Positions 19,099 through 28,198 are shown, counted from the first letter of the stretch. The stretch: DNA of 43,566 nucleotides from an uncultured Cytophagales bacterium (GCA_964537755.1 CAZIAQ010000002.1:1-43566), one strand, 5' to 3'. Notes: generated by a model not told the origin, from the sequence alone. Made by a program: numbers and translations.

Positions 19099-20582
19099 CG
19101 CTCGGGTTGGGCGATCATCTGCTCGATCAGGTGTGTGAGCAGATAAGGGCCATAACCGGTCGCGCTTTTCTCTTTGGAGAACGGCGTGCTATCAAAGACC
19201 ACCCCGGCAACATCCATGTGTAGCCATGCCGGATGCTCCTCCGTAAACGCCTCCAAAAACTTAGCTGCCAGGCTGGCCCCGGCCAGGTCTGCGTTGGCGA
19301 TGTTTCGGATGTCGGCTACGTCGCTCTGCAAAAACTTCCCGTGCCAATCCAGGAGTGGCAGCCGCCAGACGGCCTCCCCCGTCGTGGCCGCAGAGGCGGC
19401 TACGGCTTCGGCCAGGGCATCGTTTTTACTGAAAATACCGGCGATGTCGTAGCCCAAAGCCCGCACACAGCTTCCCGTCAGGGTCGCGGCATCAATCATC
19501 ACATCGGGTTTGAGGTGTCGGGCGGCGTAGGTCAGTCCATCGGCCAGGATCAAACGTCCTTCGGCATCGGTGTTGAGGACTTCGATGGTTTGTCCCGAGT
19601 AGGAGTCGATGACATCGCCTGGGTAAATCGACCGAGCATCAATGGCATTTTCGCAGATACACAAAATCATGTCCAGTGCCACGGGTAACCCCAAACGCGC
19701 CGCAGCCTCCATGGCACCAATCATCACGGCAGCACCGCCCATGTCGGTCTTCATGTACTGGATGCTTTGGGTTACTTTGAGCGAAATCCCGCCGGTATCG
19801 AAGGTAACGCCCTTACCCACCAGGGCAATACGCAGGGCATCTTCGGGCAGCCCTTCGGGGCGATAATGCGCCCTCACAAAATACGGCTCATGTACTGACC
19901 CCCGACTAACACTCCAAAGAGCCTGCAAGCCTTCGTCAAGTACCCTTTGCTCTCCCCAGACCTCCACAGAATAGCCATGAACTCGCCCCGATTCCTGGAC
20001 GCGCTCCACCAGTATCGAGGGTGTCAGGAGGTTGGCGGGCGTATCTACCAGCGTCATGGCCGACATCTGTGCCTCCGAGATATGCAATACCCGATCAAGT
20101 GCTGTGGTATCGGGGAGCGTAAAGTGCAGGTTGGTTAGGTCAATCTCTGGGATCGTTTGCTTGTGTCCTGTCCGTGGAATGTGATACCGCCCCAAGGCGA
20201 TGCCCTGTACGGCATGGGCGAGCAACGGTTCATCTGTTCCCTCAATGGCTAAATCTTTGGGTAAATATTCCCGATAATGTACCATCCAACGCTTGAATAT
20301 CCGAAACAAATCCCGTGGATCATGGCTTGTCCCGAGACCCAACAAAAAAGTCCGTTGCTCCCCTACATAAATCACGGTATGTTCCTGGGCATTGGCCCGA
20401 AAAGGCAAGGCAGCAGGTAAAGAAAAACGGGCTAAGGCATCCTCGAGGGCATCGGCATATACCGGAATAAGACGAGCCGTAATCGTAGGAGGGATGCTTT
20501 GGTGTGCGTGTATGTACATAAAATTTGTCTTTTTTTGGTGTAAAAAGCAACTTTGTAGATAAAGTGTTCTCTTTACTGACAA
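19077..20582 (-). CDS. pepA: Leucyl aminopeptidase (M17 family)
   Basis: C-terminal catalytic domain with GKGVTFDTGGISLK, NTDAEGRL and DAATLTG motifs. An alternative start at the internal Met (MYIHAHQ, ~20519) is possible. The 3' end overlaps the murE start by 22 nt. Confidence 0.85.
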   Translation of the reverse strand: MSVKRTLYLQSCFLHQKKTNFMYIHAHQSIPPTITARLIPVYADALEDALARFSLPAALPFRANAQEHTVIYVGEQRTFLLGLGTSHDPRDLFRIFKRWMVHYREYLPKDLAIEGTDEPLLAHAVQGIALGRYHIPRTGHKQTIPEIDLTNLHFTLPDTTALDRVLHISEAQMSAMTLVDTPANLLTPSILVERVQESGRVHGYSVEVWGEQRVLDEGLQALWSVSRGSVHEPYFVRAHYRPEGLPEDALRIALVGKGVTFDTGGISLKVTQSIQYMKTDMGGAAVMIGAMEAAARLGLPVALDMILCICENAIDARSIYPGDVIDSYSGQTIEVLNTDAEGRLILADGLTYAARHLKPDVMIDAATLTGSCVRALGYDIAGIFSKNDALAEAVAASAATTGEAVWRLPLLDWHGKFLQSDVADIRNIANADLAGASLAAKFLEAFTEEHPAWLHMDVAGVVFDSTPFSKEKSATGYGPYLLTHLIEQMIAQPERWKRATP

Positions 20583-20598
20583 ACAAGTTTAAATAATT

Positions 20599-21294
20599 AT
20601 GCGCAGATTTCAAATTTTTCTTGGATTGTTCTTTTGTCTCCCCTCGCTCTTTGCCCAACAGGAGACCCGTAGCCTGCCCCAGTTCAACCAGATAGAGTGC
20701 CTGGGCAGTTTTGATGTGCAGCTACAGGCAGGCAACAAGCCCAGCGTACTGATCCAGACCGAAGGCATAAAAACCGAAGACATCATCACCGAAGTCGGCA
20801 ATGGAACACTCAAAATCTATCCCCGCAAAAAAAACTTTTGGCAAAGCCAAAAAAAAGATGCCGTCCGCATTACCGTTACTTACCACAACAAAGACCTCAC
20901 GAAGATCATCCTGGGAGGATCGGGCAACATCACCAATGCCGATGCACTGACCGGCAAAGACATCCAACTCTCCGTCCGTGGGTCGGGCAACCTCAAAACG
21001 GGTCTCAAAGCCGATCGGGTGAGCCTCACGATTCAGGGATCAGGCGACTTGACCACCTACGGAAAAGCCGATCAGGCCACTCTCCGAGTGCAAGGGTCGG
21101 GGAGCGTGATCGCCTACGAACTCAAAACCCGACAGCTCGAGGCAAAGATCAACGGATCAGGAGATGTGAGCGTCTATGTCCGAGATCAACTTGATGTACA
21201 GATCAATGGATCCGGGGATGTGCGCTACAAGGGCGATCCATCCCAAAAGCAAATACGCATTCAGGGATCGGGGAAGGTCAGAAAGACAGATTAG
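20599..21294 (+). CDS. DUF2807 / 'head GIN' domain-containing secreted protein (putative autotransporter-adhesin-head-like beta-helix)
   Basis: Signal peptide MRRFQIFLGLFFCLPSLFAQ. Six or more degenerate ~20-aa repeats are centred on GSGN/GSGD (SVRGSGNLKT, TIQGSGDLTT, RVQGSGSVIA, KINGSGDVSV, QINGSGDVRY, RIQGSGKVRK). Confidence 0.6.
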   Translation: MRRFQIFLGLFFCLPSLFAQQETRSLPQFNQIECLGSFDVQLQAGNKPSVLIQTEGIKTEDIITEVGNGTLKIYPRKKNFWQSQKKDAVRITVTYHNKDLTKIILGGSGNITNADALTGKDIQLSVRGSGNLKTGLKADRVSLTIQGSGDLTTYGKADQATLRVQGSGSVIAYELKTRQLEAKINGSGDVSVYVRDQLDVQINGSGDVRYKGDPSQKQIRIQGSGKVRKTD

Positions 21295-21308
21295 AACAAG
21301 AGCAGCGA

Positions 21309-22202
21309 TCAAAGCCAAAGCCACCAGCCGTAAAGCGTCGGCACGGCCAGGATCAGGCCTACGCCCACGAGCAGATTGGCGAGCGTAGGGTTGAGCTTAT
21401 AGGTCGTCGCGACGATAGAAGCCGTTACCATAGGCGGCATCCCCGACTCCAACACCGAAACCTGGATCGCTAGCCCCCCCGCCGGGGCGAGCCAGACATA
21501 CAGCCCCCACACCAGCAGCGGTGCCAATACGAGCTTGTATGCCAAGCCTAGCCCCAAAGCCTTCCAGGGCAAAGACTGAAAACCAATCTTAAACTGTAAG
21601 CCCACCGAAAAAAGAGCCAGCGGCGTAAGCGTGCCGCCTAACTGCCGCAAAACAGGATCGAGCAGATCAGGAACGCGCAGCCCAGAAACAGCCATCAGCA
21701 AGCCCACCACAAAGGCCCAAAAAGGAGGAAAACGCAAAATACGCCCCAGCACCTGGGAGACCCGTAGCCGGTTGCCCGAATAGACCGCCGCAATGCTGAT
21801 CCCCACCAAAGCCAACATCAAAAAAGCCGACTGATCGGCGAAGATGGCATATTGCAAACCCGCCGACCCGTAGAGCGTCTCCGTAATCGGAAAACCCACA
21901 AAGGAAGTGTTCCCTAAGCCACAAACAAGCATCAGGCAGCCTACCGTTAGGCGATCAAACTGGCCACGCAAGAGCCCAAAAAAAGCCAAAGACCCACCCA
22001 TCACGAGCAAACCCGAAACAAAAGGATACAACATCTCGAGCCTCAAAGACAGAGCCGGCACATACAGCAAAGAAATAGCAGGCAGCGAGACGTAAATCAA
22101 AAAAGCATTTAAGCCAAGGTGTGCGTCCTTGGGGAAGCCCGGAATACGGCGACAAAGGATACCGCCTAGCACGCAAAGACCGATCAGAAGAAAATTGCTC
22201 AT
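21309..22202 (-). CDS. AEC (auxin efflux carrier) family transporter
   Basis: 297 aa with ~10 TM helices and a two-repeat topology. The N-terminal MSNFLLIGLCVLGGILCRRIPGFPKDAHLGLNAFLIYVSLPAISLLYV is typical of the AEC/MleP family. Confidence 0.7.
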   Translation of the reverse strand: MSNFLLIGLCVLGGILCRRIPGFPKDAHLGLNAFLIYVSLPAISLLYVPALSLRLEMLYPFVSGLLVMGGSLAFFGLLRGQFDRLTVGCLMLVCGLGNTSFVGFPITETLYGSAGLQYAIFADQSAFLMLALVGISIAAVYSGNRLRVSQVLGRILRFPPFWAFVVGLLMAVSGLRVPDLLDPVLRQLGGTLTPLALFSVGLQFKIGFQSLPWKALGLGLAYKLVLAPLLVWGLYVWLAPAGGLAIQVSVLESGMPPMVTASIVATTYKLNPTLANLLVGVGLILAVPTLYGWWLWL

Positions 22203-22212
22203 CTATCCCAGC

Positions 22213-23208
22213 TTAATCCATGCTGGCATTACCGCTACCCAAAGGCTGACGGTTTTGGGCGGCCAACTGAAGCATCTGATCGTACTCTTCGGGGGATAAA
22301 TCGTTGAAGAAATAGTTGATCGGATTGACGGGACGACCTTTGTAATGCACCTCGTAGTGCAGGTGCGGTGCCTGCGACAGCCCCGTACTGCCCACCAGCC
22401 CAAGCAACTGCCCGCGCTTGACCTTTTGCCCTTTCTTGCACTTGATCGCGCTCATGTGGGCATAACGGGTGATGTACCCGTAGCCGTGATCGACATCAAC
22501 GACTTTGCCGTAGCCGCCCTCCCATCCGGCCCGAATGACAGTACCATTGCCGGTAGCATAAATGGACGTACCACGGGGGGCCGTCAGGTCGCAGCCCGTG
22601 TGCATCTTCGGCACTTTGTAGATAGGGTGCATCCGCATCCCGAAGCCAGAGGCAAAATGGGTCATGTCTTTTTTGGCGATGGGCTGGATGGCCGGAATAG
22701 AGGCCATCATTTCTGCTTTATTTTGAACCAAATTGACGATTTCATCGTAAGACTTAGTCTGAATGTACATCTGCTTGCGCAGATTATCTACGCGCTGCTG
22801 TGTACTGACGATGAGTTCTTGGTATTTTTCGTCTTTGGCAAAAATATCCTTGTAGGCTTTGCTACCTCCCGTACCCCCTCGGCGCATTTCCATCGGGATT
22901 GGGTCGGCTTCAAAGATGACGCGGTAGAGCTTATCGTCGCGTTCCTGGAGAGCGGTGAGCATCTGACCGGCTTCTTCGATCTCCTTATTGAGGAGTTGGT
23001 ACTGATAAAGTAATTTTTCGTTGCTGGCCTGGAGTTCGATCTCTTTGTGTGAAGGAAAGTAAGCAGAGTAAAACAGCGAAAGTCCAAAGGCAAGCACAAG
23101 GGAGACGACAAGAAAGCCTAATAGATTGAGGGCTACATCCGTCTTTGTCGTCTTAATGCGTTCATAACGACAGGTTTCGGTGTCGTAGTAATATTTTATT
23201 TTGGCCAT
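22213..23208 (-). CDS. M23 family metallopeptidase (LytM-like) with an N-terminal TM anchor and coiled coil
   Basis: Start chosen at MAKIKYYYDTE. A TM segment and a coiled-coil region are followed by the M23 catalytic domain (HTGCDLTAPRGTSIYATGNGTV...GYGKVVDVDHGYGYITRYAHMS...HLHYEVH, with HxxxD and HxH zinc ligands). Confidence 0.75.
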   Translation of the reverse strand: MAKIKYYYDTETCRYERIKTTKTDVALNLLGFLVVSLVLAFGLSLFYSAYFPSHKEIELQASNEKLLYQYQLLNKEIEEAGQMLTALQERDDKLYRVIFEADPIPMEMRRGGTGGSKAYKDIFAKDEKYQELIVSTQQRVDNLRKQMYIQTKSYDEIVNLVQNKAEMMASIPAIQPIAKKDMTHFASGFGMRMHPIYKVPKMHTGCDLTAPRGTSIYATGNGTVIRAGWEGGYGKVVDVDHGYGYITRYAHMSAIKCKKGQKVKRGQLLGLVGSTGLSQAPHLHYEVHYKGRPVNPINYFFNDLSPEEYDQMLQLAAQNRQPLGSGNASMD

Positions 23209-23298
23209 AACATAAACAGTTGTACCATTTGAAGTGGCAAGTAACGGGAATAATCCAGAACAAAGCAAAAAACAATGTCCGCACGGGCTTAAAATTCT

Positions 23299-23670
23299 TT
23301 AATTACTCATCCACTGGGCCATTTTCCCACCTAGCCAAAGCATCAGCCATCCGGTGAGTAGGCTGCCCAAAGCATAACCAAAAAAGGCGTTCCATTGCCC
23401 GTTGCGGAGCAAGTGCCAATTTTCGTTACTGAACGTAGAAAACGTACTGAACCCCCCACAAAAACCCACCAACACCAAGGGGCGTACCCAGGGGATAGGC
23501 TTGTGAAGCATCAGGTACACAAAAAACCCTAATAGCAAGCAGCTTAGGGCGTTAGCTACAAAAGTACCCAACGGAAAATGTTCCCATACCGGGTTGCCGT
23601 ATCGACTGACCATAAAACGCAACCAGCTTCCCAGTCCGCCGCCCAACATCACCAGCAGGCTCTCCGCCAT
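23299..23670 (-). CDS. crcB: Fluoride ion channel CrcB (Fluc)
   Basis: Start at MAESLLVMLGGGLGSWLRF, and GFCGGFSTFSTFS is the Fluc signature. About 123 aa with 4 TM. The start codon overlaps the clpS stop by 1 nt. Confidence 0.8.
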   Translation of the reverse strand: MAESLLVMLGGGLGSWLRFMVSRYGNPVWEHFPLGTFVANALSCLLLGFFVYLMLHKPIPWVRPLVLVGFCGGFSTFSTFSNENWHLLRNGQWNAFFGYALGSLLTGWLMLWLGGKMAQWMSN

Positions 23671-23945
23671 TAGAGAATCTCTGCCCATACGCCACCTTTA
23701 CAGATGCCCTCTCGGTAGGGCTTGAGTTCGTTAAAAACCCCTACCATCAGGGTCGCGTGTCCGTTTTGGTGGGCTTCCAGGGTACAGGCCGTCGCTCGTT
23801 CGTAATCAAACCGACAGACTTTCATCAGCAGGCGCACCACGTGTTCGGCGGCGTTGTGATCGTCGTTGAAGAGTACCAACTCACGTTCGAGGCTTTGATC
23901 GAGTGCCTCCTCCGTGATTTCTAGTTCAAGTGTACGGGTATCCAT
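23670..23945 (-). CDS. clpS: ATP-dependent Clp protease adaptor ClpS
   Basis: Start chosen at the internal MDTRTLELEIT. The ClpS core reads VLFNDDHNAAEHVVRLLMKVCRFDYERATACTLEAHQNGHATLMV. The long N-terminal extension in the ORF track has no homology. Confidence 0.8.
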   Translation of the reverse strand: MDTRTLELEITEEALDQSLERELVLFNDDHNAAEHVVRLLMKVCRFDYERATACTLEAHQNGHATLMVGVFNELKPYREGICKGGVWAEIL

Positions 23946-23955
23946 GAGTGTTCTG

Positions 23956-25185
23956 TTATCGGATAAGCAAAATAGAATCGGAGACGGGTGCGGCTTCGTT
24001 GCCGGCATCGTCGCGAAACTTGACATAGACCGTTTTTTCACCGTTGGGGCCGGCCAGTCGCCAGTCCGTGATGAGTTCTTCGTAGGCCTGCCACTGGGCA
24101 TTTTTGAAGTCTTTGCTGTTGCTGATGAGCATCATGGTCGCATCTTCTGCTTTGAGGGATAACTCCACGTAGCCGTCCAGGTGTCGGGAGATTTCGTCTC
24201 CGGCATTGATGAGTACGCTACAGTTTTGGGGCGGTAAGGCATCGACCAGAATATCATCCTTGACCACATCAGACTCGTTGTGTGCCTCATCCCTAAACTT
24301 GGCATAGACGGTTTGTGTTCCCGAATCGCCGGCTAATTTCCATTGGGAAACCGACTTGGCGAAGGGCTGCCACTCGGCACCGGCGAAGTCTTCGGTGTTG
24401 GCGATCAGCATTTCGGTAGCTCCGATGGCAAAGAGCGTCAGGATAACGGACTTTCGGGGGAGTGTCGTGAACTCGGCACCGTTTTCGATGACCAGCGAGG
24501 CACGCACGGGGGCGAAGGTATCCACGTCGATACTTGTCGTCCCGACATCAGAGACATTGCCTGCCTTATCCCGAAAATTGACGAAGACCGTTCGTTTGCC
24601 ATCCAGGCTGCCGGTCAGTTTCCAATCCGGGATGGAGTCGCGGCGGAGTTGCCAGCGTTTCCGAAAAAAAGTACGGCTATTGCTGACCATCATGTAGCGG
24701 GCATCGTCCGGGTCGTTGGTCTTTATCATCAAGAGAACGGTTTGCTCTGGGCTACCCACGGCTTTGGTCTCCGACTTGATACTGACCGCCGGCGGGGCGG
24801 GCTTGGTCATATCCAATTCGATTTCATCCGAAACCGTCGCTGAAAGCGTTCCTTTGGCATCCTTAAAGCGTACATACACCCGCTGCAAGCCTTCCTCCTG
24901 CCCTAGTCGCCAGCCATAAACGCGGGGCTGATAGGGTATCCAGATGTCGTCGTTGTTGAAGTCGGGGCGGTTCTTGATTTGCATGTGCGTCTTATCAAAG
25001 GCAGCCAGGCTTAGGGTTACGATGGGGGTGCGGGTGTAGCGGCTCCCTCGGTTGATCTTGACCCGTTCTTTTTTGAGGGTGCTTGTCTCGGAGGCGTCGT
25101 CTTCCTGCCCATAAAGCCAAAGGGGCAACAACAAAAGCCCCCAAAAAAATACCTGTGAGAGGGATCGATGTGTGGTCATGCGCAT
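23956..25185 (-). CDS. Hypothetical secreted protein composed of four tandem ~90-aa beta-rich repeats
   Basis: Signal peptide MRMTTHRSLSQVFFWGLLLLPLWLYGQ. The four repeats share the pattern V.L.L......M.ISN..DF....W......DW.L.G..G..TVYVKFRD.AGN.S (RVYVRFKDAKGT / TVFVNFRDKAGNVS / TVYAKFRDEAHNES / TVYVKFRDDAGNEA). No family was confidently recognised. Confidence 0.6.
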   Translation of the reverse strand: MRMTTHRSLSQVFFWGLLLLPLWLYGQEDDASETSTLKKERVKINRGSRYTRTPIVTLSLAAFDKTHMQIKNRPDFNNDDIWIPYQPRVYGWRLGQEEGLQRVYVRFKDAKGTLSATVSDEIELDMTKPAPPAVSIKSETKAVGSPEQTVLLMIKTNDPDDARYMMVSNSRTFFRKRWQLRRDSIPDWKLTGSLDGKRTVFVNFRDKAGNVSDVGTTSIDVDTFAPVRASLVIENGAEFTTLPRKSVILTLFAIGATEMLIANTEDFAGAEWQPFAKSVSQWKLAGDSGTQTVYAKFRDEAHNESDVVKDDILVDALPPQNCSVLINAGDEISRHLDGYVELSLKAEDATMMLISNSKDFKNAQWQAYEELITDWRLAGPNGEKTVYVKFRDDAGNEAAPVSDSILLIR

Positions 25186-25226
25186 AAATTTTGGTTGAAA
25201 TGGCTCAATAAGAAAACGCCAGATGT

Positions 25227-26594
25227 CTAAGAAAGTTGTTGGGGCTTACGTTCGATCAAAACGGATTTGATCCGTCGGTTGTCCGTTTGTTCGACCGTAA
25301 AACGAAACATACCAAACCCCACTTGCTCACCAACGACGGGCATTTTCATAAACAATTCTAACAATAATCCCCCCAAAGAATCGCTTTCGCCCTGTACCTC
25401 TTCAAAATAATCCGGGTTGAGGTCAAGGATTTTGCACAGATCATGGATCGAGACCTTGGCACTGAAGCGGTAGCGGTGGGTATCTAGTTTTTGGTAGCGT
25501 TCGTCCTTTTCGTCGGGTTCATCAAACTCATCTTCGATGTCGCCCACGATCTCTTCGATGACATCCTCGAGGGTGATTAGCCCACGGGTAGCCCCGTACT
25601 CGTCCGTAACGACGGCCATGTGTAGATGGCGTTCCTGAAACATCCTAAAAAGTTGATTGATTTTGAGGTTTTCGGAGATATGCAAGAGGTACCCGCTGCG
25701 GCGGATGAGGCGTTGCCAGTGGTAGTCAGGGGATTCGTCGAGGTGGTTGAGGAGGTCTTTGACGTAAAGGATGCCCTTGATCTCGTCGAGGCTTTTTTGG
25801 TACGTCGGGATGCGGGAGTAGCCGTGTTGGGTAATGAGTTGGATGAGTTCGGGAAAGGAGATGTTCTCGTCGGCAGCGATGATGTCGGGGCGGGATTGCA
25901 TGATCTGTCGGGCAGTCGTACTGCTAAAGTTGATGACCCCGCGTAGGATATGCTGCGTTTCGGGTTCGGAGACCTCCTGTGCCATTGTCATTTCCAGGAC
26001 GCGGTTGAGCTGGTGGAGGGTGATATAGGGGATATTGGGTCGGGCAAACCGCTGTTGAATCCAGGTGCCGATGGTGGTCAAGAAGAACGTCAGGGGAAGC
26101 AGCAACTTTTGCATCACAAAAATACCGCTACTGGTAAAACGCGCAAAAGCCAGGCTGCGCTCCTGGGCAAAGACCTTCGGGACGACCTCCCCAAAAAAAA
26201 CAATCGCTGTCGTTACCAGTATCGTCAGCAAGACCACGGCCCAGCCGTCGTTATCCTTGCCGTAGATCTGCCAGGTCAGGTAAGAGGAAATAACCACGAT
26301 GGCGACATTGACCAGGTTGTTGAGGACAAGTACAGTGGCCAGCAGGGTGTTTTTGTCTTTGCACAAGCGGGCGAGCCGACGATCACGGGGGTTTTTGCTT
26401 TGTTGGCATTGCTCCAACTCACTTTCAGAGATGGAAAAAAAGGCTACCTCAGACCCAGAGATCAAGCCCGATGCCCCCAGGAGTATGACCAGGATCAGTA
26501 GCTCCGTGAGGTAATGGGTGATGTTGAAATTACCTGTCGGGAGAAAAGAGTCAAGTAAGGTAAACAACAAAGAAAAACTTTCGCTTTCGTCCAC
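25227..26594 (-). CDS. gldE: CNNM/CorC-HlyC family membrane protein (DUF21 + CBS pair + CorC_HlyC); GldE-like by context
   Basis: 455 aa. The N-terminal DUF21 region has 4 TM (LLILVILLGASGLISGSEVAFFSISESELEQ), a CBS pair follows (ELIQLITQHGYSRIPTY...MAVVTDEYGATRGLITLEDVIEEIVGDIEDEFD), and the tail is the C-terminal transporter-associated domain. It sits immediately downstream of ssb and mutY, the neighbourhood described for Flavobacterium johnsoniae gldE. Confidence 0.7.
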   Translation of the reverse strand: MDESESFSLLFTLLDSFLPTGNFNITHYLTELLILVILLGASGLISGSEVAFFSISESELEQCQQSKNPRDRRLARLCKDKNTLLATVLVLNNLVNVAIVVISSYLTWQIYGKDNDGWAVVLLTILVTTAIVFFGEVVPKVFAQERSLAFARFTSSGIFVMQKLLLPLTFFLTTIGTWIQQRFARPNIPYITLHQLNRVLEMTMAQEVSEPETQHILRGVINFSSTTARQIMQSRPDIIAADENISFPELIQLITQHGYSRIPTYQKSLDEIKGILYVKDLLNHLDESPDYHWQRLIRRSGYLLHISENLKINQLFRMFQERHLHMAVVTDEYGATRGLITLEDVIEEIVGDIEDEFDEPDEKDERYQKLDTHRYRFSAKVSIHDLCKILDLNPDYFEEVQGESDSLGGLLLELFMKMPVVGEQVGFGMFRFTVEQTDNRRIKSVLIERKPQQLS

Positions 26595-26611
26595 GGTGGT
26601 TGGTTTTCTAC

Positions 26612-27097
26612 TTAGAACGGGAGATCGTCTTCGTCCGTACCTGTATCGCTGGGTGCCAGACTTTGATCGTGGCTTGAGGTCGTTTCGGGTGCTGTGGTGT
26701 TGGTTGATCGGGTGGGCATGGGTGGCTCTTGCATGGGCGGCGGCACGTTGGGCGAACCAGTGCTGGTGCGGGAGTCGAGCAGAAGTATCTCTCGGGCAAG
26801 CACTTCTGTAATGTACTTCGTGATGCCGTCTTGCTCGTAGGAGCGCGTGGTGAGCTTTCCTTCGACGTAGATTTTGCTGCCCTTGCGGACGTATCGCTCA
26901 ATGACATCGGCTAAGCCGCGCCAGGCAACGATATTGTGCCACTCCGTGAGTTCTTTTTTGTTTCCGTCTTTGTCTTTGTAGGTTTCGGTGGTAGCTATCG
27001 AAAAAGTGGCCAACTTAGCACCACTTTCGAGGGTGCGCACCTCGGGGTCTCTGCCCAGATTTCCGACCAAAATAACTTTATTGATTCCTAAGGCCAT
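26612..27097 (-). CDS. ssb: Single-stranded DNA-binding protein
   Basis: Start at MALGINKVILVGNLGRDPEVRT, the OB fold. A Gly/Pro/Thr-rich linker leads to the C-terminal acidic tip DEDDLPF. Confidence 0.9.
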   Translation of the reverse strand: MALGINKVILVGNLGRDPEVRTLESGAKLATFSIATTETYKDKDGNKKELTEWHNIVAWRGLADVIERYVRKGSKIYVEGKLTTRSYEQDGITKYITEVLAREILLLDSRTSTGSPNVPPPMQEPPMPTRSTNTTAPETTSSHDQSLAPSDTGTDEDDLPF

Positions 27098-27148
27098 GGC
27101 TGTATCGTTTTGGTGGTGCAAAATTATTGTTTTGTGCTGAATGTTACA

Positions 27149-28198
27149 CTAAAAAAGGCTAATTTTCAAATTATCCAGGTATTTTTTTATCAAAACAGGC
27201 TTGGGTAGTGCCTCAACCCCTGCCAAATCAAAAAAACGGAGGCCGTGTGTCTGTGCCAATACCTGGGCTTGGGCTTGTTCTACCTCAATGATCCAGAAAC
27301 GCGCCTGGAGGCGTTGGTGTGTCAGGAGGTGCTTAAAGATCGGCGAAGGATCGCGCCAACGCCCATCAACGGGTACCTCAATCTGCTCGGGGCGAGACCA
27401 CTGCTGCGCTTCGTACAGAAAAAAATCATACAAGCCCTCCCAAATATCGCCCCCCTGGCGCAAACGCATCGCGTATTTCCCCTCATGCCAAAAGACCAGG
27501 TAATGAAAATAACGATCCTTCACTTTGGTCTTTTTGGTTTTATGGGGCAGCTGGGCTTGAAGCCCGCCGGCAAAAGCCACACAAGTCCCCCGAAAAGGAC
27601 ACGTGCCACATTGAGGCTGCTTGGGGGTGCAGTGCGTAGCCCCAAACTCCATGATGGCCTGGTTGTAGGTGCTGGGACTCTCGGCGTGTTGGATCAACTC
27701 CTGGGCCAGTTGGGCAAATACTTTCTTGCCCTGGTGAGCAGAAATATCCTCCGATTTGCCGAACACCCGCGCCAAAACCCGATAGACATTGCCATCCACA
27801 ACGGCCACCCGTTCCCCAAAAGCAAAAGAGGCAATGGCCGCCGCCGTGTAGTCGCCGATACCTTTGAGGGTTTTGAGGGTCTGGAAGTTATCCGGAAAAT
27901 TCCCCGCGTAATCATCCACGATCACGCGGGCTGTAGCGTGCATGTAGCGGGCGCGGGAGTAGTAGCCCAGCCCCTGCCAGAGGCGCAAGACCTGCTCCTG
28001 CGAAGCCGCCGCAAAAGCTTGCACCGTAGGCAAAGCCTCCACAAAGCGCGTGTAGTAGGGCAATCCCTGGGCTACTCGGGTCTGTTGCAGGATCATCTCC
28101 GAGAGCCATATCCGGTATGGGTCTTGTGTGTTGCGCCAGGGGAGATCGCGCTGATGGTCAGCGTACCAGTTCGTGAGCTGGTCAGCAAATTCATTCAT
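27149..28198 (-). CDS. mutY: A/G-specific adenine DNA glycosylase
   Basis: 349 aa. It has the HhH-GPD domain (WLSEMILQQTRVAQGLPYYTRF...LKGIGDYTAAAIASFAF), the 4Fe-4S cluster loop (CTPKQPQCGTCPFRGTC) and the C-terminal NUDIX-like domain. Confidence 0.9.
   Translation of the reverse strand: MNEFADQLTNWYADHQRDLPWRNTQDPYRIWLSEMILQQTRVAQGLPYYTRFVEALPTVQAFAAASQEQVLRLWQGLGYYSRARYMHATARVIVDDYAGNFPDNFQTLKTLKGIGDYTAAAIASFAFGERVAVVDGNVYRVLARVFGKSEDISAHQGKKVFAQLAQELIQHAESPSTYNQAIMEFGATHCTPKQPQCGTCPFRGTCVAFAGGLQAQLPHKTKKTKVKDRYFHYLVFWHEGKYAMRLRQGGDIWEGLYDFFLYEAQQWSRPEQIEVPVDGRWRDPSPIFKHLLTHQRLQARFWIIEVEQAQAQVLAQTHGLRFFDLAGVEALPKPVLIKKYLDNLKISLF

Noticed and set aside
23956-25185. Calling the four-repeat protein GldD because of its position after gldE
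   Set aside because: GldD is a small (~190 aa) non-repetitive lipoprotein. This protein is 409 aa with four internal repeats and no lipobox, so only positional analogy is claimed.
25950-26501. 183-aa plus-strand ORF opposite the gldE-like gene
   Set aside because: Antisense shadow ORF; the minus frame has full CNNM domain architecture.
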